IMG/VR virus record: IMGVR_UViG_2899275550_000002
Location: 1,930 to 65,929 of that record
Direction: 5' to 3' (one strand)
Source: a virus
Lineage: Duplodnaviria; Caudoviricetes
Length of the DNA: 64,000 nt
Of this stretch, positions 8,659-16,826 are shown in pieces. Below the pieces are notes generated by a model. That model was not told where the DNA came from, did no database searches, and saw only the letters and a program-made list of their open reading frames with translations. How positions within the stretch are numbered: the first letter of the stretch is position 1; the number at the start of each line of letters is the position of its first letter. The translations under genes were made by a program, and so were the position numbers.

Positions 8659-9873
8659 TCAGGCGCGGTCGGCGGCGTATTTCCGCAGGTATTCGACCAG
8701 GGCGTCATGTTCGCTGGCGTCGGCCTTCTTGATCGTCTCCAGACGCGCGGCGAACATTTCGAGGGTGGCTTCAATGTCCTCGCCATCATCCAGGCTGAAC
8801 TTGATTTCATCCTCGGTGCGCTGCAGCAGGTCGGTCAGGCTTTCCGTGCCACCAGCAGGCTGCGACAGGTCGAGGCCGGTCTGTTCCTGTTGCGCGGGCT
8901 CGTTGCTCGCCTGGCGGCGCGGCGCGGGCTTGTCCTCGACCTTGGCGCGGGTCTGGCGGCGGGCCGGTTCCCGTTCCCGCTCGGGTTCGATGGTCTGCTG
9001 CGTGGCCCGCTGGTCCTCGATCACCGGATCGCCGCCGACCTCGCCTGTCTCGGGGTCGTGTTCCTCGGCCTCGCCTTCGACCTCGTAGCCGCCCTCCGGG
9101 TTCTGGGCGAATTGCGAGAAATCCACCTGCTGATCGTCGATCGACAACGCATCGCCCAGCTTGCCGCCGTCCATTTCGATGCTGATGGGCAGATACTTGA
9201 ACAGCGCGCGCACGGCGGTCTTGGCCGCCATCTCGTGCTGGTGCGCGATCCAGGGGCTGTCCTTCTTGTTGTATTTGACCGCCGTCTTGTAGCCCTGCGA
9301 CCCGTCGCGGATCGCCATGACTTCATCCCAAGGCAGCACAACAAACGCCTCGCCGTCCGTGAGCTTGGCGTGGCAATAGGCATAGATCGGGTTGACGCGC
9401 TTGCCCTTCGGGCGATGCTTCAGGTGCTGTTCGGACCCATACTCAAAGCTGAACTCGTCGCCTTCATAGACCACATCACCGTGGATATTGACGATGTGGC
9501 CGGAGCGGCGGGCCAGGTCGATCATGCCCTTGTAGCCAAGGATCAGCTGGACCTCGGTGATGTTCTTCCGGTTGTTCTTGAACGGGATCAGGTAGGCATG
9601 GCCGAGAGGCGTGTTTGCCTCAACGCCAAGGCTCGCGCAGGTCATCATGGCCCCTAGCAAGGACAGCGGGTCACACTCGCCCAGCTGGGGCGTGGTCCGC
9701 ATAGCGTTCGCCATCAGGCGCAGCATCCGTTCCGGGCGCATATGGCCCGCAGCGACGGCGGCCAGCTGCTGCTTGGCCTGATCGTTCACCAGCAACTCGC
9801 GGACGTTCGCGACCTGACGGAGGGGTTTGGCGGAAATGGACGTTCCGGCAGATGGGCGGGCAATCTGGTTCAT
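8659..9873 (-). CDS. recT: RecT-family single-strand annealing recombinase
   Basis: ECDPLSLLGAMMTCASLG, GHAYLIPF, ILGYKGMIDLARRSG, MAAKT motifs; acidic C-terminal tail. Confidence 0.92.
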   Translation of the reverse strand: MNQIARPSAGTSISAKPLRQVANVRELLVNDQAKQQLAAVAAGHMRPERMLRLMANAMRTTPQLGECDPLSLLGAMMTCASLGVEANTPLGHAYLIPFKNNRKNITEVQLILGYKGMIDLARRSGHIVNIHGDVVYEGDEFSFEYGSEQHLKHRPKGKRVNPIYAYCHAKLTDGEAFVVLPWDEVMAIRDGSQGYKTAVKYNKKDSPWIAHQHEMAAKTAVRALFKYLPISIEMDGGKLGDALSIDDQQVDFSQFAQNPEGGYEVEGEAEEHDPETGEVGGDPVIEDQRATQQTIEPEREREPARRQTRAKVEDKPAPRRQASNEPAQQEQTGLDLSQPAGGTESLTDLLQRTEDEIKFSLDDGEDIEATLEMFAARLETIKKADASEHDALVEYLRKYAADRA

Positions 9874-9899
9874 GGTTCGGTTCTCCTATCGACCGCGGG

Positions 9900-10874
9900 T
9901 CAGGCGACGGTCTGGGTTTCGATAAAGGTCACGCCCGGGATCTCGGCGGGCCCGCCCTTACGGCGGCGCGCGGCGGTGCAGAGGCGTTCCATCTCCGCGA
10001 TTAGCGCATCCCGGCTGTCGGCATCGGCCAGCAGGAAACCGAAGGCGCGGCGGGCGTTGCTGTCGCCGTCGATCTTGGCGGTGTGGACGGTGCGCGTGGC
10101 CATAGTGCGGCCCCCGCCGGTGGCGCTGGCGATCTGGGCGCGAACGGGTTTGGCCGCTGCCTTGGTGGCCTTCGCGGCATCCTTGGCGGCTTCCTCGGCC
10201 GCAGCCTGCGCGATCACGTCATTTCGGGCCGCTGCCTCGCGGGCCAGACGGTCGGCCTCGTCCTGCTTGCGCTTGGCCTCGGCCTGCGCAGCGCGGCGTT
10301 CCTCATCCAGCTTGCGCTGCTTCTCGGCAGCGAAGGCGGCCAGGATTTTCTTGAGGGACTCGCCCAGCTTCGTCAGCGGCCCGGTCAGCGTCTTGAACTT
10401 GGTGTCGACGGCGGTGGCCGCGTCCATATGCGGCTGCTTGGCAGCCTTGCGGGCGGCCTCGATGTCGGTGTGGCACTTGCGGGCTTGGGTCAGAAAGTCG
10501 TTCAGCTTTCCGGCCTGCTCGTCGTCCTCGACCGTGCCCTTGTCGAGCCACGCGCCGCCAGCGTCGGCCAGCTCGCGAACGCGGACCTCCAAGGCAGCGG
10601 CAATCTCGGGGTCATAGGGCGGCGGATTATTGTGCCCGACACGGGCAAACTGCTTATTCTGAGCTTCTTCGAGGAAAGCCAGCGTTTCGAGGCGCAGCTT
10701 TTCAAGCTCCGGTGCCCGATCGCCCGTGTTGGCGATGTCTGGCAGAACCTTTGTCTCCAGCTCGTGCATCAGGATGCCGACCGGCTGCAGCGATCCACCG
10801 ATGAAGCCGCGTCCGCATTCCACGATATGCCGATGCAGGCTGTCGGCAAAGCTGCTCTGCTGTTGGTCGTTCAT
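9900..10874 (-). CDS. Phage coiled-coil protein next to RecT
   Basis: 324 aa, GHNNPP motif, long Ala/Lys/Glu coiled coil, SD gagagagga. Confidence 0.8.
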   Translation of the reverse strand: MNDQQQSSFADSLHRHIVECGRGFIGGSLQPVGILMHELETKVLPDIANTGDRAPELEKLRLETLAFLEEAQNKQFARVGHNNPPPYDPEIAAALEVRVRELADAGGAWLDKGTVEDDEQAGKLNDFLTQARKCHTDIEAARKAAKQPHMDAATAVDTKFKTLTGPLTKLGESLKKILAAFAAEKQRKLDEERRAAQAEAKRKQDEADRLAREAAARNDVIAQAAAEEAAKDAAKATKAAAKPVRAQIASATGGGRTMATRTVHTAKIDGDSNARRAFGFLLADADSRDALIAEMERLCTAARRRKGGPAEIPGVTFIETQTVA

Positions 10875-10888
10875 GGTCGTGTCCTCTC

Positions 10889-11269
10889 TCAGGGTCTGAT
10901 TGCGGCCATCTGGCCGAGGTCGATGGCGACGTGCGTGGCCGCCATGTCGGGGATCGAAGCGTGGGCGCCGGTCAGCCCGTCATATTCGCTGGCGCTGATC
11001 GGTCGGCAGTACGTCCAGACCGTCTCCGGACGGCACAGGTTGCCATTGCAGATCGCGCGCAGACGCTCGGGGGCGGTCAGCTCGCCCGTCTCCGGGTCGA
11101 TGTCCTGTTCCATCCAGATTTCCACCGGGACGAACGGGCCGCCGCGCACCATCCGGCGCTTGAAATACCCGCATTGCGGTTTATCCTCGACGCGCGACAC
11201 GCGCTCGCCTGCCACCGATCGACGCCAGAAGTCGTAAAGCGCGGCGTGGCTGCTGGGCTGGCGGATCAT
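10889..11269 (-). CDS. Phage hypothetical protein
   Basis: Start MIRQPSS overlaps the upstream stop; PQCGYFKRRMVRGGP block. Confidence 0.75.
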   Translation of the reverse strand: MIRQPSSHAALYDFWRRSVAGERVSRVEDKPQCGYFKRRMVRGGPFVPVEIWMEQDIDPETGELTAPERLRAICNGNLCRPETVWTYCRPISASEYDGLTGAHASIPDMAATHVAIDLGQMAAIRP

Positions 11270-11439
11270 GCGGGCACACGCGCCGGCAGGGCGTCCACCA
11301 TGGCGTCGGTGCGCTTTGCGAGCCGGGACCATTCGTCCGCGGCCGCGGCATCACCGGCCCGGCGCGCGGCGCGCGCGGCATCCCATGCCGCGTCATTGAG
11401 TGCGCGAAGGGTCGCATCGACGGAAAGCAGCTTGCTCAT
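11266..11439 (-). CDS. Small phage hypothetical protein
   Basis: MSKLLSVD..., 57 aa, coupled on both sides. Confidence 0.65.
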   Translation of the reverse strand: MSKLLSVDATLRALNDAAWDAARAARRAGDAAAADEWSRLAKRTDAMVDALPARVPA

Positions 11440-11693
11440 GTCGCCACCGCCTTCGCTTCCAGGTCTTTCATCGCCAGCCGTTCCCAGGCCTCGACGTGCT
11501 GGTCGAGGATGGCGGCATCGCGTCGGCCGAAGCTGGCGGTGCCCATGCGGACTCGGACCAGCCGCACGGCGAGCGGGGTTTGATCGTCCCAAGCAGCTAC
11601 GAAGCTTGCCAGCGCGGGCCGAGGCTCGGCGCGTGGCATCTGCCACATAACCTGAAGCTGGATTTCGTCCTGGCGGATCATGGCGGCGCTCAT
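11436..11693 (-). CDS. Phage hypothetical protein
   Basis: MSAAMIRQ..., coupled ORF. Confidence 0.6.
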   Translation of the reverse strand: MSAAMIRQDEIQLQVMWQMPRAEPRPALASFVAAWDDQTPLAVRLVRVRMGTASFGRRDAAILDQHVEAWERLAMKDLEAKAVAT

Positions 11694-11971
11694 ACGTTCG
11701 CACGCGGGAATGAGGTGTTCGCCAGCCCGTGCTCGACCAGGCACACCACATCGCCCGGATGGACCCGGAACATCGACCATCCGCCGCCAGGCGACGTGAA
11801 GATCAGGATGTCACCGTCCCGCCCGCCGGATGCGCCGAACCAAGTGGGCTTTTCGCCATACTCGGCCTCGTAGTAGGCCTGCGTTGCGGCCATCGACATA
11901 CAATCGGGCGGGACGGCGGCGGCGGGGATGGGTGCCAGCGCGCAGGCGGCACAGATCAGGGCGCGGATCAT
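11690..11971 (-). CDS. Secreted phage hypothetical protein
   Basis: Signal-peptide-like N-terminus MIRALICAACALAPIPAAA. Confidence 0.7.
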   Translation of the reverse strand: MIRALICAACALAPIPAAAVPPDCMSMAATQAYYEAEYGEKPTWFGASGGRDGDILIFTSPGGGWSMFRVHPGDVVCLVEHGLANTSFPRANV

Positions 11972-12420
11972 TTCAGAATCCTCCTCATGATGTAGGCCAG
12001 TGGCAGTGCCGCGAAGGCGCTGGCGAGAAACAGGCCGGAGCCAGACAGCGGCACAGCGGCGATGGGCGGCAGCTCGTGGTCGGGCGTACCCTCGCCGGGC
12101 TGTGGCAGCAGGCCGGGCCGCGTGATCGCGCAGCAGTCGATCAGACCGCCGCCGCCGACAAAGATGGGCAGGCCGCCATGCGAGGGGCCGATGCCACCGG
12201 GGGTTGCCAGCAGCGTGCCGACCGGATCGAATGTGGGCAGATCGAGAACAAATGCCTCGGCGGTCAGCGGATGCGTCAGCGACGGCGCGTCAAAGTCGAA
12301 TTTGGAGAGATAGGCCACGTCCGGTTCAGGTGTGACGTGCAGGCGGTCGGACTCGTCAGAGCGGTGATGCACTAGGACCGGGATGCGGAACCCGATGAGG
12401 TCGAACCAGACGGCAGCCAT
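11968..12420 (-). CDS. Hypothetical protein with VPLxx-CTERM-like C-terminus
   Basis: Ends AAVPLSGSGLFLASAFAALPLAYIMRRILK (VPL + TM + basic); start MAAVWFDLIG. Confidence 0.6.
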   Translation of the reverse strand: MAAVWFDLIGFRIPVLVHHRSDESDRLHVTPEPDVAYLSKFDFDAPSLTHPLTAEAFVLDLPTFDPVGTLLATPGGIGPSHGGLPIFVGGGGLIDCCAITRPGLLPQPGEGTPDHELPPIAAVPLSGSGLFLASAFAALPLAYIMRRILK

Positions 12421-12554
12421 CACAGATCCCCCCGGAGCAGGGCGATGCGGCGCTCGATGTCCATGATCCACTCCGGCACGTTCTGCCAGCGGGCAACGGC
12501 CAGAGCGATGCGGAGCGCGCCCAGCTTGGCGCGGCGTTTCACGTCGCGGATCAT
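12420..12554 (-). CDS. Small phage hypothetical protein
   Basis: MIRDVKRRAKL..., 44 aa, coupled. Confidence 0.55.
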   Translation of the reverse strand: MIRDVKRRAKLGALRIALAVARWQNVPEWIMDIERRIALLRGDL

Positions 12555-12844
12555 TGGGCACCGCCTTCCGACATCAGCGCCTGACAGGCTGACTCGGTCA
12601 GCCCGTTGCAACCTGCCGGGCGGGCGTCGGCGCGGGCCAGACCTTCGAGAAAGGTCGCAGCGATGAAGAGCACGATGGCGATGGCGGCCAGGGCGACAGC
12701 GAGCCGCGCGGGCCAGGACAGCGGCTTGATCGCGCACTCCTTGGCAGGCTGCGCAGCCTTCTCCTGCAGGAAGGCAAACAGCTCGTCGTGATCGGGATCG
12801 CCGCTGCTGCGCGGCGCAGAAGGATGGAAGGGGTCAGCGTGCAT
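12551..12844 (-). CDS. First early-left gene, single-TM protein (alternative start 12910)
   Basis: GGAGG SD before MHADPF; TM segment LAVALAAIAIVLFIAATF. Confidence 0.65.
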   Translation of the reverse strand: MHADPFHPSAPRSSGDPDHDELFAFLQEKAAQPAKECAIKPLSWPARLAVALAAIAIVLFIAATFLEGLARADARPAGCNGLTESACQALMSEGGAQ

Positions 12845-12904
12845 CGGCGGTGCCTCCAGTCTCGGCGGCAGCGATTGTCGCGGCCTGTGAGATGAAGGTG
12901 ACAT

Positions 12905-12944
12905 GGACAATTGTCCGCGTCAACTATAAAAAGGACAATTGTCC
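12905..12944 (-). promoter_or_regulatory. PL-like promoter with two operators GGACAATTGTCC
   Basis: Perfect palindromes at 12905-12916 and 12933-12944 flanking a minus-strand TTGACG (12923-12918). Confidence 0.8.
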
Positions 12945-13012
12945 GCATAGATCGGGACAGAGTAGCACTCAGCCGCTATCCTACCGTGGCTAGCGTCAAG
13001 TAGTAGCGCATG

Positions 13013-13038
13013 AAAAAGCCCGCCGGTTGGGGCGGGCT
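13013..13038 (-). terminator. Rho-independent terminator closing the immunity-region operon
   Basis: 8-bp stem agcccgcc/ggcgggct followed by a T-run on the minus strand. Confidence 0.8.
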
Positions 13039-13059
13039 GGGTTCAATCTGGTGGCGAGA

Positions 13060-13389
13060 TCAGGAGAACAGGCTTGCTATTTCCTCACGGAGGATAACCG
13101 CAACTATCCCGAGGACATATACCGTAAGCCACTTGTAGTCGATCTTGCTGTCCAGCTTGCCTTCCATCCTGGCGAGCTGGATCTTGATAGCGGACATGTC
13201 CTCGCGATACGAACGCAGGTCCGCTTTCACTTCTTTCATGTCCTCTACCAAGCGATCTACGCGCGCGTCCATGCCGCCTCCTGTTGGGCCACCCCCACCA
13301 TGTGGGATGTTTGGTCCGAAAGGCAAGCGCGAGACGAAGTCCACGACCCGCGGGTCTGGAGGCGGATCCGGTCTATCTGAGTTTGCCAT
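13060..13389 (-). CDS. Coiled-coil, C-terminally anchored membrane protein (immunity-region accessory)
   Basis: GGGGPTGGGMDARVDRL, heptad coiled coil, C-terminal TM WLTVYVLGIVAVIL. Confidence 0.75.
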   Translation of the reverse strand: MANSDRPDPPPDPRVVDFVSRLPFGPNIPHGGGGPTGGGMDARVDRLVEDMKEVKADLRSYREDMSAIKIQLARMEGKLDSKIDYKWLTVYVLGIVAVILREEIASLFS

Positions 13390-13642
13390 CTTCCCCCCAA
13401 ATACAATCGTGTGCGGCTGTCATTGCTTCCTGTAGTTGTTGCGCACGCTCTCTAAGGGATTGTGCCTGCTCCTCCGTGATTTGTTGGCCAGAGATTGTGC
13501 GAGAGTTAGTTGCGCTCAGTTCAAACGACAGGGTGCCCACCGTCTGAATCGCATTATATAGATGCGCCATAGCGGTCTGTGCGTACAGAACGTCTTTTTG
13601 CAATCGGTCGAATTCGTCCCTGCTGACCAAGCCGCTGCTCAT
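13373..13642 (-). CDS. Hypothetical protein (immunity-region accessory)
   Basis: 89 aa, GAGAGGA SD, overlaps next gene. Confidence 0.7.
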   Translation of the reverse strand: MSSGLVSRDEFDRLQKDVLYAQTAMAHLYNAIQTVGTLSFELSATNSRTISGQQITEEQAQSLRERAQQLQEAMTAAHDCIWGEDGKLR

Positions 13643-13652
13643 GTTGATCCTC

Positions 13653-13904
13653 TCATTCCCGACCGCTACGAATTGAGTCGTGCTTCGCCTGCATCTCGGC
13701 GCGCTTAAGGTCGATCCATGTGCCGACCAAGGAGCGCCCAGGGCGGATCGAAGACAGACCCGCGTATGCTAACACGCAGCCTGAGACGGCGAGGATCGCG
13801 ATCACCATCAGCCAGCCCTCTAGGTTGAGATCGTCCACATAGGCGACCATCGTGCCGAACGACATCCCGCCAAAGCCAGCCAGTGCGGTGATCACTCTCA
13901 ACAT
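13653..13904 (-). CDS. Two-TM membrane protein (immunity-region accessory)
   Basis: Two hydrophobic helices, 83 aa; TTG start. Confidence 0.65.
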   Translation of the reverse strand: MLRVITALAGFGGMSFGTMVAYVDDLNLEGWLMVIAILAVSGCVLAYAGLSSIRPGRSLVGTWIDLKRAEMQAKHDSIRSGRE

Positions 13905-13976
13905 CTAGTTATCCCCTGATTCTTCCTCAAGAAAATGTGGTCAACCTATCTTTAGGGCAGTTGCGCACTACGCAAT

Positions 13977-13991
13977 GTTCCGCTTACGTTC
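13977..13991 (+). promoter_or_regulatory. Alphaproteobacterial LexA (SOS) box
   Basis: Exact GTTC-N7-GTTC (gttc cgcttac gttc) in an intergenic region, 8 nt before a TACAAT -10-like hexamer (13999-14004). Confidence 0.75.
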
Positions 13992-14018
13992 TTATGTGTA
14001 CAATGGGGTGGGGGTTGG

Positions 14019-14210
14019 ATGTCAGATGATCTTGTCGGATTCGTTTCATCCCTGCGGCGCATCATTGCGGAGCCGTGCCCGCGTCGTCGCGCCGTCCTCG
14101 TGCAGCGGCTCGCAGAATGTCCCGCTCTTCTGGCGTCAGTGAGCGCCACAGATCTACGGCTTCGGATCGAAGATCAGCGGTCTGGTCATGGAGCATCTCG
14201 TCGAGAGTGA
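14019..14210 (+). CDS. Candidate SOS-induced small protein antisense to the repressor 3' end (possible antirepressor)
   Basis: 63-aa ORF directly after the LexA box and -10; G-rich SD; overlaps cI on the opposite strand. Confidence 0.4.
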   Translation: MSDDLVGFVSSLRRIIAEPCPRRRAVLVQRLAECPALLASVSATDLRLRIEDQRSGHGASRRE

Positions 14211-14397
14211 AGCCCAGCGCGTTTGCGAGCTTCACGGCGTCGTCGACATTGGTCGAGGCGCGCTCGCCCTTGCCCGCCCGCTGCATGAATTTCGTCACTT
14301 GGTCGGTTGATACGCCCGCCTCTTGGCACAGGCGCGAGATCGACCAGCCAGAGCTGGTCAGGGCTTCTTTAAGGGCGTCGTAGAAGCGTCTAGGCAT
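14062..14397 (-). CDS. Prophage repressor (XRE/CI-like HTH) without S24 peptidase domain
   Basis: SISRLCQEAGVSTDQVTKF HTH, AVKLANALGFTLDEM; divergent from the cro-like gene; only 111 aa. Confidence 0.85.
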   Translation of the reverse strand: MPRRFYDALKEALTSSGWSISRLCQEAGVSTDQVTKFMQRAGKGERASTNVDDAVKLANALGFTLDEMLHDQTADLRSEAVDLWRSLTPEERDILRAAARGRRDDAGTAPQ

Positions 14398-14434
14398 GTG
14401 GGTATTTAGCTGGATAGCTGGCTAGCAAGCTAGC

Positions 14435-14476
14435 GGACAAAAGTCCATTGACATGATCAGGACAAAAGTCCATGTT
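14435..14476 (+). promoter_or_regulatory. PR-like promoter with two operators GGACAAAAGTCC
   Basis: Operators at 14435-14446 and 14460-14471 bracket TTGACA (14448-14453); 17-nt spacer to CATGTT. Confidence 0.8.
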
Positions 14477-14482
14477 CGCTGC

Positions 14483-14701
14483 ATGGACCGAGAAAAACTC
14501 ATCACCCTCATCAAGGAACACGCCGAGAATTTCGGCCTTGCTCCTGCAACCATCACTGGGAAGGCGGTCGATAATAGCCGCCTTTACAGCCGATTGGTCA
14601 GCGGCGGTGACTGCACCACATCGATCGCCGCAAAGGTGAGCGATTGGGTTGATGCAGATCGTGCCCGCCGCTCCGAAGCAATGAAAGGGGCGGCAGAATG
14701 A
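14483..14701 (+). CDS. Cro-like transcriptional regulator
   Basis: 72 aa, ATITGKAVDNSRLYSRL HTH-like; first gene right of the switch. Confidence 0.8.
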   Translation: MDREKLITLIKEHAENFGLAPATITGKAVDNSRLYSRLVSGGDCTTSIAAKVSDWVDADRARRSEAMKGAAE

Positions 14702-15033
14702 CCGCCCCTTCAACCCACTGTTTTGATGACTTCTCCGCACAGGGAAACATCAACACAGGAGCCTACCCAATGTCCTCTGGAAAGAATTCCGGCCTATCCG
14801 GCCGCCGGTCGGTCATGAGCTATCGCCAGCACTTCGCGATCGTCTGGCAACGGTTCATCACCGAGAACTTCGACAGCCCAGCCCACGCGGCCCATGTGTT
14901 CCAGGTCGATGCCTCGACAGCCGCGAACTGGTGGACCGGGCAGAACGCCCCGTCCGGCTGGGTGGTCGGTCGAGCGATTGCCGATCCCCTCCTGCGCGAT
15001 GCCGCGCTTCACCTTCTGACGGGGCAACCATGA
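14698..15033 (+). CDS. CII-like HTH regulator (start may be 14770)
   Basis: AAHVFQVDASTAANWWTGQNAPSG HTH; position after cro. Confidence 0.65.
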   Translation: MTAPSTHCFDDFSAQGNINTGAYPMSSGKNSGLSGRRSVMSYRQHFAIVWQRFITENFDSPAHAAHVFQVDASTAANWWTGQNAPSGWVVGRAIADPLLRDAALHLLTGQP

Positions 15034-15164
15034 GAAGAATTCTCATCACCTTCTACAGCGCGCAGATCATGGCGGCGCTGCGCCTCGGCACGTTCGGGGA
15101 ATGGTGGGCTGCTCGCGCAGCGCATCGTTTGGGAAAACTTTCGGGGGAAGATTCCTCAAAATGA
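15030..15164 (+). CDS. Small phage hypothetical protein
   Basis: 44 aa, 4-nt overlaps on both sides. Confidence 0.55.
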   Translation: MRRILITFYSAQIMAALRLGTFGEWWAARAAHRLGKLSGEDSSK

Positions 15165-15817
15165 ATATCCTGATCGCCTGCGAAACCTCTGGCGTCATGC
15201 GCCGCGCCTTCGCCGCCCGCGGCCATGATGTCTGGTCCTGCGACCTGCTTGCGGCCGAGGACGGCAGCAACCGCCATATCCGGGGCGACGTGCGCGACAT
15301 CCTGGACGATGGGTGGGATCTGATGGCTGTGCTTCATCCGCCCTGCACGCGCCTCTGCAACAGCGGCGTCCGGTGGCTGCACACCCCACCGCCGGGCAAG
15401 ACCCGCGACCAGATGTGGGCCGAGCTGGCCGAGGGCGTGGACCTGTTCGCGGCCTGCTGGAACGCACCGATCCCGCGCGTGGCTGTCGAGAACCCTGTGA
15501 TGCACAAGCACGCCCGCGACCGGATGCCGGCCAGCCTGCCCAAGCCCCAGATCGTTCAGCCGTGGTGGTTTGGGGAACCGTTTTTCAAGGCGACGGGGTT
15601 CTATCTCCGTGGTTTGCCGGAACTGACCCCCACCAACCGCCTGACGCCTCCCAAGCCTGGCGCCGATGACCACAAAGCATGGTCTGCCATCCACCGCGCA
15701 CCGCCCGGCCCAGATCGCTGGAAGGTCCGGAGCCGCACGTTTCAGGGCGTGGCCGAGGCCTGCGCCGACCAATGGGGGAATGAGGCAGTCAGCGCCGCAA
15801 AGGTGGTGGCGACATGA
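15161..15817 (+). CDS. Compact C5-cytosine DNA methyltransferase-like protein
   Basis: ILIACETSG (motif I-like), SCDL, HPPC (catalytic PC), ENP, RSRTFQGVAEACADQWG (motif X-like). Confidence 0.75.
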   Translation: MNILIACETSGVMRRAFAARGHDVWSCDLLAAEDGSNRHIRGDVRDILDDGWDLMAVLHPPCTRLCNSGVRWLHTPPPGKTRDQMWAELAEGVDLFAACWNAPIPRVAVENPVMHKHARDRMPASLPKPQIVQPWWFGEPFFKATGFYLRGLPELTPTNRLTPPKPGADDHKAWSAIHRAPPGPDRWKVRSRTFQGVAEACADQWGNEAVSAAKVVAT

Positions 15818-16527
15818 CCGTCAACGCCTCTGCCAGCAGCTATTTTGAAGCCATCAGCGGGCAAGGGAATCGACCCGAAGCCGCCGTGCCGCTGCTGCCC
15901 GACGCCCCGGTAGCACGGAAGCCAAAGCGTGACGCTGCTCGCCGCGCCGAGGACTTCTACCCGACAGCCCAGCCCGAGGCGATCCGCGCGCTGTTCGCCC
16001 GCGACGGCGCGCGAATCCGCGAGTGCGGCACGGTCTGGGAGCCCGCCTGTGGCGACGGTGCGCTTGTGCGCGAGATCCGCGCGATGGGCATGCCCTGCTG
16101 CGCGTCTGACCTGATCGACCGAGGATGCCCCGACAGCTGGACCGCCGATTTCTATACCTGCTTTCGCAGCCGGGGCCGGGCCATCATCACCAACCCCCCG
16201 TTCAGCGAGATAACCGCCCGCGACGGGCACGGGCGCTGGTTGCGGCACACGCTAGACATGCCGGGCTGGGACTATCTGGCGCTTTTGCTAGGCTGGGAGT
16301 GGCCTGCCGGGAAGATCAATGGCCTTGGCAAGCTGATGGATGAACAGCCGTTCTCCTACTGCTACCTGATGCGGTGGAAGCTGGACTTCACCGGCCAAGG
16401 TCAAGCACCGCAGCGCAATGCCTGGTTCGTGTGGGACCGGCGCGACCCGCGCGGCAATGGCCTGGGCGATCCTGGGTTCCGATGGCTCGATCGAGTGGAC
16501 GGGCGCCAAGGGGAGATGCCCCTATGA
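15814..16527 (+). CDS. Amino (N6-A/N4-C) DNA methyltransferase
   Basis: DFYPT, VWEPACGDG (SAM binding), IITNPPF (catalytic). Confidence 0.85.
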   Translation: MTVNASASSYFEAISGQGNRPEAAVPLLPDAPVARKPKRDAARRAEDFYPTAQPEAIRALFARDGARIRECGTVWEPACGDGALVREIRAMGMPCCASDLIDRGCPDSWTADFYTCFRSRGRAIITNPPFSEITARDGHGRWLRHTLDMPGWDYLALLLGWEWPAGKINGLGKLMDEQPFSYCYLMRWKLDFTGQGQAPQRNAWFVWDRRDPRGNGLGDPGFRWLDRVDGRQGEMPL

Positions 16528-16826
16528 CCACCCCCAACCGCTGCTATTGGGTTCGCGACACCGCCGATCCGGGTTTCGAAATCCTCATACCGATGTGCTG
16601 GGCAACCGTTACGGCAGGGCCGGAATTCTGCACCTGTGCTGTTCCTGCCAGCCGAATTGAAGCCGCCGAGCGCGGCCGATCCATTGCGGAGCAGCATGTG
16701 CTTCGGATGCGCGACAGGCGCGTCTCAGACCTCGATCATCAGCAGCAGCATTGGAACCAGGTTCGACGCCTGCGCGCGCGGATCGCAGAGCTGGAAGCGG
16801 CATTGGCCGAGCGGGTGGAGCCATGA
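16524..16826 (+). CDS. Phage hypothetical protein, Cys-rich N-terminus and coiled coil
   Basis: MTTPNRCYW..., coupled ORF. Confidence 0.65.
   Translation: MTTPNRCYWVRDTADPGFEILIPMCWATVTAGPEFCTCAVPASRIEAAERGRSIAEQHVLRMRDRRVSDLDHQQQHWNQVRRLRARIAELEAALAERVEP

Noticed and set aside
5816-10617. Long plus-strand ORFs 5816..7198, 8653..9657 and 9742..10617
   Set aside because: Shadows of DUF2303, RecT and neighbours, which form a tightly coupled minus-strand chain
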